DNA from: Candidatus Latescibacterota bacterium | GTDB lineage: Bacteria > Latescibacterota > UBA2968 > UBA8231 | Assembly: GCA_965215195.1 (NCBI GenBank) | Contig: CBDCDC010000002.1 | Span: forward strand, 4,576,001-4,640,000 | Length of the DNA stretch: 64,000 nt | Direction of reading: 5' to 3' | Shown here: one piece after another, positions 1 through 7,744 of the stretch | How positions within the stretch are numbered: the stretch's first letter is position 1 | Layout of the letters: each line of letters starts with the position of its first letter | Notes under the pieces: generated by a model | Databases searched by the model: none | The model's input: only the letters and a program-made list of their open reading frames with translations | Told to the model about the DNA's origin: nothing | Translations under genes and position numbers: made by a program

Positions 1-2
1 GC

Positions 3-503
3 CTCGTGCGGCAGGAGGCGTGCTTTTGGCCCTGTACGCCGCACGGGGTCTTGCAGATCCTCAGCCGCAGCGGGATTGAGGTAGCCGGCCAGCACGTGGT
101 CGTGGTCGGCCGGAGCATCCTCGTGGGACGGCCCGTAGCCATCTTGCTGGGGCACAAGGCGGCCGGCGCCAATGCCACGGTGACTTTGTGTCACACTGGC
201 ACGCACGACCTCGGGCACTTTACGCGCCAAGCGGACATCCTAGTGGTAGCGGCTGGGTTTCCCCGCGGGATCACGGCGGATATGGTCAAAGAGGGCGCCG
301 TGGTAATCGACGTGGGCATCAACCAAGTTGACGACCCCTCGCGCGAACGCGGCTGGCGGCTCGTCGGCGATGTGGACTACCAACAGGTGCGTCCGAAAGC
401 CCGTGCGATCACGCCCGTGCCCAACGGGGTCGGGCCGATGACGATCGCGCTGTTGCTCTACAACACCGTGTGGGCGGCCAAGCGGCAGGTGGGGCTGGAG
501 TAG
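3..503 (+). CDS. folD: Bifunctional methylenetetrahydrofolate dehydrogenase/cyclohydrolase (5'-partial)
   Basis: [28 protein letters not shown] and [12 protein letters not shown] motifs; runs off the window start. Confidence 0.97.
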   Translation, partial: LVRQEACFWPCTPHGVLQILSRSGIEVAGQHVVVVGRSILVGRPVAILLGHKAAGANATVTLCHTGTHDLGHFTRQADILVVAAGFPRGITADMVKEGAVVIDVGINQVDDPSRERGWRLVGDVDYQQVRPKARAITPVPNGVGPMTIALLLYNTVWAAKRQVGLE

Positions 504-506
504 AGT
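356..506 (+). repeat. folD 3' end, copy 1 (in the intact gene)
   Basis: 151 bp matching 4726-4876 with 2 synonymous mismatches; partial copy at 3799-3857. Confidence 0.97.
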
Positions 507-521
507 ACAAAGAGCTTAGAT

Positions 522-3500
522 ATGACGACAAAGCAGGCCCTTAGCAGTCCTCTCCGGGCGTATTGCGATAGCCTGAAGGCTACTTTTGCTACCAAGCAGG
601 CGACCGAGCACAGCTACCGCTCGGCACTTGAGAACCTGATTCAGGAGTTGGGCGGCGACCGAGTCCGTGCCCTCAACGAGCCTAGGCGCATCGCTTGCGG
701 TGCGCCCGATCTCATCGTCGAGCAGGGAGGGGTACCGATCGGCCATGTCGAATGCAAGGATATCGGCGCACCCTTAGATCGCGTTGAGAAAGATGCCCAA
801 CTGAAGCGCTACCGCGAGAGTCTATCGAATCTAATCCTGACCGACTATCTCGAATTTCGCTGGTATGTAGAAGGAGAGTTGCGCTTGACAGCGCGTCTTG
901 CCCGCATCAACAGCCGAGCTCGGATCGCTATTGACCAAGCCGGTGCTCCCCAAGTCGCCGAATTGTTCGCCGCGTTCTTTGACGCCGACGCGCTGTCCGT
1001 CGGCCGACCGCGTGAACTGGCCGAGCGCATGGTGGCCAAGGCGCGGCTACTCCGCGACAGCATTGAGCGCATCTTGGCTCGAGAAGCTGAAGCCGGCCCC
1101 CTCCACAGCATGCTCATCGGCTACCGCGAGGTACTTATCGCCGATCTGTCGATAGCCGACTTCACCGATTTGCAGGCGCAGACAGCCGCCTACGGGCTGT
1201 TTGCCGCGCGGTGCCGGCACGAACCCGCCAATGGGCCGTTTACTCGCCAGTCAGCCGCGTTTGCCGAGACCACGCCCTTTTTGCGCGAGGTCTTCGGGCG
1301 AATTGCCGGCCCGGGGATGGACGAGCGGATCGCTTGGATTGTCGATGATCTGGCGTATCTGCTAGACCGGGCGGACATGGCGTCTATCCTATCCGAGTTC
1401 GGCAAGAAGACCCGGCAAGAAGACCCGGTGATGCATTTCTACGAGGATTTCTTGGCGACTTACGATCAACGCCTGCGCGAGATGCGCGGGGTGTACTATA
1501 CGCCCAAACCCGTCGTCTCCTACATCGTGCGGAGCGTCAATCACTTGTTGCAGACCCGGCTCAACTTGGCCGATGGATTGGCCGATAGGACGCCGCTGAT
1601 CCTCGACCCGGCAGCCGGCACCGGCACCTTCCTGCGTGAAGCTGTCGCCACCATCCGCGAGACCATTGTGGCCAAGGGACAAGGGGGCGCGTGGCCTAGC
1701 TATGTGCGGGAGCATCTTCTGCCACGTCTGTTCGGATTTGAATTGTTGATGGCTCCTTACGCGATCTGCCACCTCAAACTCTCCCTCGAAATCGGCGACG
1801 CTGACCGCGACTTTGCCCTACCGGACGGCGAGCGGCTCAATGTCTTCCTCACCAACGCCTTAGAGGAAGCTCACGAAAGCACGGCCGGGGTCCTGTTCGC
1901 CCACCAGATTGCCCACGAGGCCGCTGGTGCTGATGCGGTTAAGCGCCAAAAGCCGGTGATGGTCGTCTTGGGTAACCCGCCCTATTCTGGACATTCGGCC
2001 AACAAGGGCCGGTGGATCAAGGACTTGCTGCGCGGCTGGGACGGCGAGCAAATGACCGGCAGCTATTTCGCGGTTGATGGTCAGCCACTGGGCGAACGCA
2101 ATCCCAAATGGCTCAACGACGATTACGTCAAGTTCATCCGCTTTGCCCAATGGCGCATTGAGCGCACCGGCGAGGGCGTCCTCGGCTTTATTACTAATCA
2201 CAGCTACTTGGACAACCCCACCTTTCGCGGGATGCGCCACAGCCTGATGACGACCTTCGACGAGTTGTATCTGCTCGACCTGCACGGCAACGCCAAGAAG
2301 AAGGAACGCACCCCCAGCGGCGGCAACGACGAAAACGCATTCGACATTCAGCAGGGGGTAGCGATAGGTCTGTTCGTCAAGCGCAAGGAAGACAGCGGCC
2401 CCGGGCGCGTCTTCCACGCCGATGTGTGGGGAGGGCGCGCGAGCAAATACGCCTATCTTGCCGCTCACACTGTCGAGACCACCAAATGGACCAAATTAAC
2501 GCCCAAGTCTCCGCACTATCTGTTTGTGCCCCGCGACGAGGCGCGGGCCGCAGAATACGAGGCCGGCTGGAACATTACCGACCTCTTTCCGATCCATTCG
2601 GTTGGCATCGTCACCTGCCGCGACAAGGTGGCGATCCAGTGGACGACCGAGGACATGCAGCGCGTCGCCGCAGACTTCGTATCGGGTGAGGGCGAGGCCC
2701 TTAGGTCCCGCTACCAGTTGGGCACCGATTCCAGCGACTGGAAGATGGCCGAGGCCCAGCGCGATCTGCGTCAGCATCCAGACTCGGCCCGGCACCTCGT
2801 GCCCATCTTGTATCGTCCGTTCGATGTGCGCTCTACTTGGTACACCGGCCGGGCTGGCGGCTTTATCTGCCGTCCGCGTACCGAGGTCATGCGCCACATG
2901 TTAGTAGGCTCAAACTTGGGATTGTGCGTCGGCCGGGCCGGTCAAGTTATTGGTTCCGACACTTGGGAGATCGTTCTTGCTGCAAAATTTTCCTCGGATT
3001 TCAATTTGTTTCGACGTGGGGGGAACAGTCTCTTCCCGCTCTACCTCTATCCAGCCGAAAAAGAAAGAACCCTCGGCAGCACCCGAACTCCAAACCTCAA
3101 TCCCAAGTTTGTCGAGGCGGTTGAAAAAGCCACCGCCCTCGCCTTTATCCCCGACGGCCCCGGCGACCTCGAAACTACCTTCGGCCCGGAGGATGTCTTC
3201 CACTATCTCTATGCCGTACTCCACGGCCCAGAATACCGCCGCCGCTACGCTGACTTTCTCAAGTCAGATTTTCCCCGCGTTCCTGTAACCAACTGTGGTG
3301 CGCTGTTTGAGTCGCTCGCCGCGCTTGGGAAACGGCTGACGGTCCTGCACTTAATGGAAGCCGATGATAGCGAGGCCCCCGTCTTTCTGGTCGCCGGCGA
3401 CAATCGCGTAGAAAAGGTGCGCTATGCGCCACCGCAGAAGCGGGTGTGGATCAACGGGAAGCAGTATTTTGACGGCGTCGCGCCGGACATGTGGGAATTC

Positions 3501-3677
3501 GCCATTGGTGGCTACCGGCCGGCAGAAAAGTGGCTCAAAGACCGCAAAAATCGCATCCTCTCATACGACGACATTGGCCACTACCGCCGCCTCTGCGCGG
3601 CCTTGGCCGAGACGCCGCGCATCATGGCCAGCATTGACGAAACAATAGACGCCTACGGTGGCTGGCCGCTAGTTTAG
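522..3677 (+). CDS. Single-chain restriction-modification enzyme (nuclease + N6-adenine MTase + type ISP-like C-terminal specificity domain, no helicase)
   Basis: PD...ECK nuclease motif, GVYYTP, LDPAAGTGTF, GNPPY, DDYVKFIR; 1051 aa. Confidence 0.9.
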   Translation: MTTKQALSSPLRAYCDSLKATFATKQATEHSYRSALENLIQELGGDRVRALNEPRRIACGAPDLIVEQGGVPIGHVECKDIGAPLDRVEKDAQLKRYRESLSNLILTDYLEFRWYVEGELRLTARLARINSRARIAIDQAGAPQVAELFAAFFDADALSVGRPRELAERMVAKARLLRDSIERILAREAEAGPLHSMLIGYREVLIADLSIADFTDLQAQTAAYGLFAARCRHEPANGPFTRQSAAFAETTPFLREVFGRIAGPGMDERIAWIVDDLAYLLDRADMASILSEFGKKTRQEDPVMHFYEDFLATYDQRLREMRGVYYTPKPVVSYIVRSVNHLLQTRLNLADGLADRTPLILDPAAGTGTFLREAVATIRETIVAKGQGGAWPSYVREHLLPRLFGFELLMAPYAICHLKLSLEIGDADRDFALPDGERLNVFLTNALEEAHESTAGVLFAHQIAHEAAGADAVKRQKPVMVVLGNPPYSGHSANKGRWIKDLLRGWDGEQMTGSYFAVDGQPLGERNPKWLNDDYVKFIRFAQWRIERTGEGVLGFITNHSYLDNPTFRGMRHSLMTTFDELYLLDLHGNAKKKERTPSGGNDENAFDIQQGVAIGLFVKRKEDSGPGRVFHADVWGGRASKYAYLAAHTVETTKWTKLTPKSPHYLFVPRDEARAAEYEAGWNITDLFPIHSVGIVTCRDKVAIQWTTEDMQRVAADFVSGEGEALRSRYQLGTDSSDWKMAEAQRDLRQHPDSARHLVPILYRPFDVRSTWYTGRAGGFICRPRTEVMRHMLVGSNLGLCVGRAGQVIGSDTWEIVLAAKFSSDFNLFRRGGNSLFPLYLYPAEKERTLGSTRTPNLNPKFVEAVEKATALAFIPDGPGDLETTFGPEDVFHYLYAVLHGPEYRRRYADFLKSDFPRVPVTNCGALFESLAALGKRLTVLHLMEADDSEAPVFLVAGDNRVEKVRYAPPQKRVWINGKQYFDGVAPDMWEFAIGGYRPAEKWLKDRKNRILSYDDIGHYRRLCAALAETPRIMASIDETIDAYGGWPLV

Positions 3678-3680
3678 GAC

Positions 3681-3798
3681 GATTACCTGCGTAGTCTTTA
3701 TCAGACGATGCGCGAAGAATGGACTTCTCCAGCAGATGAGGAGGCTTGGCGTACCCTTTGATCCGTTCGATGTCGTCTCCCTTCCCCTTCGCAGACCG
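3681..3798 (+). pseudogene. Relic of a MazEF/PemIK-type TA junction (antitoxin C-terminus + frameshifted toxin N-terminus)
   Basis: Reads DYLRSLYQTMREEWTSPADEEAWRTL* overlapping FDPFDVV / FPFADR. Confidence 0.6.
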
Positions 3799-3857
3799 CG
3801 ATGACGATCGCGCTGTTGCTCTACAACACCGTGGCGGGCGGCCAAGCGGCAGGTGGG
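3799..3857 (+). repeat. Degenerate short copy of folD 3' end
   Basis: cgatgacgatcgcgctgttgctctacaacaccgtg..gggcggccaagcggcaggtggg matches 436-493 with one small indel. Confidence 0.92.
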
Positions 3858-3882
3858 ATTGGCCGGGCATGAATATCGCCCA

Positions 3883-4263
3883 TCAATCTAGGGCCATCGC
3901 GCCCAGATCTGCATGCGGCTCTACCTCTCGTTCAATCTGGCGACGCATCGTGCGCTCGGCGACATCGAGATCGTAGCGGGTCTGAAGATTGATCCAGAAC
4001 TCAGGCGTCGTGCCGAAATAGCGCCCAAGGCGCAGCGCAGTATCGGTCGTGATACCGCGGCGTCCGAGCACAATATCGTTCAGTCTCGGGCGCGAAACCT
4101 TGATCGCTTGGGCAAGTCGGTACACGCTGATCGCCATGGGCGTCAGGAATTCGTCGCGCAGAATCTCGCCGGGATGCACCGGCGGCAGCCGTCGTCCAGA
4201 GGCCACGTCCGAGAAATCGACCTCCTGTCTGTCTAGTTCTTCCCGCTTGATAGTCATATTCAT
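3883..4263 (-). CDS. higA: HigA-family antitoxin (HTH)
   Basis: PVHPGEILRDEFL...ITTDTALRLGRYFGTTPEFWINLQ; directly downstream of toxin. Confidence 0.93.
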   Translation of the reverse strand: MNMTIKREELDRQEVDFSDVASGRRLPPVHPGEILRDEFLTPMAISVYRLAQAIKVSRPRLNDIVLGRRGITTDTALRLGRYFGTTPEFWINLQTRYDLDVAERTMRRQIEREVEPHADLGAMALD

Positions 4264-4271
4264 TTGCCTCC

Positions 4272-4553
4272 TCAATGGTAGTCAACAATCTCGACCTCCC
4301 ACGCTTCCCCATCGCGCCAAACGAAGCAGATGCGCCATCGGTCATTGACGCGAATGCTGTATTGACCGCGACGGTCCGCTCGCAAAGTTTCGAGGCGATT
4401 GCCGGGCGGCGTATGCAGATCGCCAAGCCGGTCGGCCGCGTCAATCGCCAGTAGCTTCGCCCGCGCTCGTCGCTGGAGCTGCATGGGTATGCCGCGAACG
4501 GCATGACCTGCGAAGATTGCCGCAGTGCGCTTGTCCGCAAAGCTCTTGATCAT
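4272..4553 (-). CDS. higB: HigB-family (RelE/ParE) toxin
   Basis: MIKSFADK...PPGNRLETL...GQYSIRVNDRWRICF...VEIVDYH. Confidence 0.93.
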   Translation of the reverse strand: MIKSFADKRTAAIFAGHAVRGIPMQLQRRARAKLLAIDAADRLGDLHTPPGNRLETLRADRRGQYSIRVNDRWRICFVWRDGEAWEVEIVDYH

Positions 4554-4558
4554 GTGCC

Positions 4559-4588
4559 AACGTAACGGCAAACGATACGCTCAGTCAA
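4559..4588 (-). promoter_or_regulatory. Putative higBA promoter with overlapping palindromic operator
   Basis: TTGACT-N18-TACGTT on minus strand, 5 nt before the ATG; imperfect inverted repeat cgtaacg-N5-cgatacg at 4561-4579. Confidence 0.55.
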
Positions 4589-4725
4589 GACCCACTAGCC
4601 AATTGAAAATGCTGGATAGCTTACGTAGATCACGCAAACCGAGATTTTGTGCGCTTCGTCGGGCGACAGCGTCGCTTCTAGTCGCTCTTGCAGCTCTTTA
4701 GCGTCAGCCGGGCGGGTGCCGGTCT

Positions 4726-4876
4726 GCGGCTCGTCGGCGACGTGGACTACCAACAGGTGCGCCCGAAAGCCCGTGCGATCACGCCCGTGCCCAACGGGGT
4801 CGGGCCGATGACGATCGCGCTGTTGCTCTACAACACCGTGTGGGCGGCCAAGCGGCAGGTGGGGCTGGAGTAGAGT
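4726..4876 (+). repeat. folD 3' end, distal copy (promoterless fragment)
   Basis: 149/151 identity to 356-506; ends 3 nt after the TAG. Confidence 0.97.
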
Positions 4877-4963
4877 CTGAACGATTATTTTTACGTTGGG
4901 AATCTGGTCCTGACTGATTACTTTTCAGTCCACTTCTGAAAATTGAGGCGACGGAGGATACCC

Positions 4964-6784
4964 ATGCCACGCATTATCTTGCTCACCCTATCATTTTTAG
5001 CTCTCTCCTGCTCCAAACATCAATCGTCACCTGTCGCGCCAGCAGGTAAGTCCAACTGTGCCTTGTGCGAATTCCTCGGTGGCGATTACCAAGCACCGGA
5101 CGGTTCTGGGGGACCTGCCGCATCAGAGGATTCGACAGCAGCGCAGACTCCACAGGAAACACCGGAAGATTCTGCGGATGATGGTCAGAATACATCCCCG
5201 GTAGTAGTCGATAAAAACAGCCCTGTTTCAATCCCCGATACGGTACTTAGAGCGATTCTCGAAAAAGCCCTCAACAAACAACCAAGTGAAACAATTACTT
5301 GGGGCGATATGGCTTCTTTAGAGAGATTGACTATCGAAGAGGCCGACAGCAAAGAAAATGAAAAAATTGTCTCTCTAAAAGGAATAGAAGCAGCCACGAA
5401 TCTAACATACTTACACATTTTGGGCGGTTCGGTTTTACTTCACTATGCAGATGGTTCATTTGAAGAAGAGATTTTTGGTAAACTAACTGATATATCACTT
5501 CTTGCGTCATTGACGAAACTGAAAAGTTTGACAGTAATAGAACACCCAATTGAGAATGCGGATGCTCTTTCTCAATTAACCAGCCTAGAGTTTTTATCGT
5601 TAAGAACCCATGCGACGAGCTTGCCACTTTTGAACAACTTAAAGCATCTCAACCAGTTTCATCTAGAGGGGCCTTTTCTCACCGATATTTCAGGGTTGAA
5701 CGGCTTAACAAGTCTTAGAACCTTACTTCTCAGAGTTCCCAAACTAACGGATATTTCCGTTATGCAACACCTGACTAATCTTAAGTTGCTTGACTTTTCC
5801 TTTTTTGCCGAGCCATGGCCTGCTGAACGCTTAGCAGACATCACTCCTTTAGAAAATCTGACGTTAGAATACATCGACTTGCGAGGCTCGCCTCTCTCAG
5901 AAAATTCCATTAAAAATACAATACCCGTCTTACAGGCTCGTGGAACAGTTGTCCATTGGGATTTTCCTACCGGCACCTTTGATATTGAGTTGGTCTTTCT
6001 CGGCGAGTCAAGCGAGTTTTTTGAGCGTCTCGCAGGTGGTATTCCCGACTATTGGGATCCTGTAAGAATGCGTTGGGAACAAATCATTAGACAGGATATT
6101 CCCGACTACACATTTAAGCATGATTTTCAATCGACATGTGGAAACCAACCCATCCATATTGCAGCCGGCGATCAAGTTGACGACTTGCGCGTTTATGTAA
6201 CGGTCTTTGAACATGAAGAGGGCGGCCCCCTTGGGAAAGGCTATCCACGTTTAGTACGAGACAGTCAACTGCCCGCGGTTGGATGCGTAGAAATAGCTAA
6301 AAGCGAATGGTTAAGTGAGTTTGTGGCCGTCCATGAAATAGGCCATGTTCTTGGAATCGGAACGATATGGGATGAGTTGGGATTACTGAAAAATCACGGC
6401 TCACAAACCGATTACATATCCGACACGCATTTTATCGGCGCACGAGCCATTCAAGCATTTAATGATTTGGGGGGACAAAGCTATAGAGGCAAAAAGGTTC
6501 CTGTTGAACAAGGGCCAACGCCTCATCACTGGCGCGGTGAAGTCATTTACAATGAGCTAATGTCCACCAACGCCAGTGAAGGCAATGCCGCCTTATCCGC
6601 AATAACTATTCAGGCATTAGCTGATTTGGGGTATGGAGTAGACGCAAGCCAAGCGGATATACACAACTTCAGGATTTATCCCGACGGCAATGCGCCCGCT
6701 GGTAAGGTCTTAGCTGGCCCAGCGAGCAGTTTCTGTTCGCTGGAAGGCATTCCCGATCCGATATATACCTCACAGGTTGAGTGA
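4964..6784 (+). CDS. Lipoprotein with internalin-like LRRs and a C-terminal leishmanolysin-like (M8/metzincin) zinc protease domain
   Basis: Lipobox LALSC; IPDTVLR cap; LxxLxxLxL repeats; HEIGHVLGIG; HWR...NELM; GGAGG RBS; AT-rich. Confidence 0.8.
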   Translation: MPRIILLTLSFLALSCSKHQSSPVAPAGKSNCALCEFLGGDYQAPDGSGGPAASEDSTAAQTPQETPEDSADDGQNTSPVVVDKNSPVSIPDTVLRAILEKALNKQPSETITWGDMASLERLTIEEADSKENEKIVSLKGIEAATNLTYLHILGGSVLLHYADGSFEEEIFGKLTDISLLASLTKLKSLTVIEHPIENADALSQLTSLEFLSLRTHATSLPLLNNLKHLNQFHLEGPFLTDISGLNGLTSLRTLLLRVPKLTDISVMQHLTNLKLLDFSFFAEPWPAERLADITPLENLTLEYIDLRGSPLSENSIKNTIPVLQARGTVVHWDFPTGTFDIELVFLGESSEFFERLAGGIPDYWDPVRMRWEQIIRQDIPDYTFKHDFQSTCGNQPIHIAAGDQVDDLRVYVTVFEHEEGGPLGKGYPRLVRDSQLPAVGCVEIAKSEWLSEFVAVHEIGHVLGIGTIWDELGLLKNHGSQTDYISDTHFIGARAIQAFNDLGGQSYRGKKVPVEQGPTPHHWRGEVIYNELMSTNASEGNAALSAITIQALADLGYGVDASQADIHNFRIYPDGNAPAGKVLAGPASSFCSLEGIPDPIYTSQVE

Positions 6785-6841
6785 GACCTCAGAGAAGCTG
6801 CTTTTTTTAACTGGCCCACTTCCAAAAAACGCTAGCAGGCG

Positions 6842-6970
6842 ACCCTCACCCCCTCGCCCAGTAGCCCACCCCCATTGCCAAGGGATTTCGCAGGTCGGAG
6901 TGCGCGGGCACCACGCGCAGGGTGTAGCCGTGCGAACCGGCTGCCGCGCATGTGAAGGTGCCGACGAAGT
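6842..6970 (-). repeat. Diverged copy of glgP 3' end
   Basis: 129 bp vs 7741-7869, 11 mismatches, no indels; stop retained (TGA vs TAA). Confidence 0.95.
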
Positions 6971-7049
6971 ACGCACTATTCTATTTTCGGGCATGAAATC
7001 AGAATAGCGCAAGCCGCTATTGCAAAAATTTTAATGGGAGTTGCCCAAT

Positions 7050-7744
7050 ATGCAGCGCGGAGAAATCGGCCGATACGAAATCACGAGCACTGGAGGCGAG
7101 CAGGTTCGCGCCTTTGTGCCAGCACCGCTGCCGCCTGCTCCGCCGCTCGCTCTGGACAGCCCGCTTCAGCAGGCGTTCGAATCAGCCGCACTCGCACTCG
7201 GTCGGCTCGACGGCATCTCGGCACTCCTGCCGGACCAGACGCTCTTTCTCTACGCTTATGTGCGCAAGGAGGCCGTGCTTTCCTCTCAGATCGAGGGCAC
7301 GCAGTCGTCGCTGTCTGATCTCTTGCTCTATGAGTTGGAGGAAGTGCCCGGGGTTCCGCTCGATGATGTCGTCGAAGTCTCCAACTACGTGGCGGCCCTC
7401 GAACATGGCCTGCGCCGTCTGGCCGATGGCTTCCCATTGTGCAATCGACTGATCCGCGAGATTCACGATGTGCTATTGTCCCGCGGGCGAGGCCGTGGCA
7501 AAATGCCCGGCGAGTTCCGCCGCTCGCAGAACTGGATCGGCGGCTCCCGACCCGGCAACGCCGCGTTCGTGCCGCCGCCGCACACGGCTGTGCCTGAATG
7601 TATGACCGCATTTGAGCGCTTTCTCCACGGCCGCGATGACGGGTTGCCCGCGCCGATTCGAGCTGGGCTTGCCCATGTGCAGTTTGAGACCATCCATCCC
7701 TTCCTCGACGGAAACGGACGGGTGGGCAGGCTGCCCGCCAACCC
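7050..7744 (+). pseudogene. Fic-family protein, 3'-truncated against the glgP stop
   Basis: SSQIEG inhibitory motif and HPFLDGNGRVGR catalytic motif, then the frame runs into antisense glgP. Confidence 0.8.

Noticed and set aside
4688-4873. 61-aa ORF ending like FolD
   Set aside because: It is the duplicated folD tail with a fortuitous TTG start, not a gene.
522-7744. Integron cassette array or prophage
   Set aside because: No intI, no attC-like structures recognised and no phage genes; the boundaries are host gene tails.
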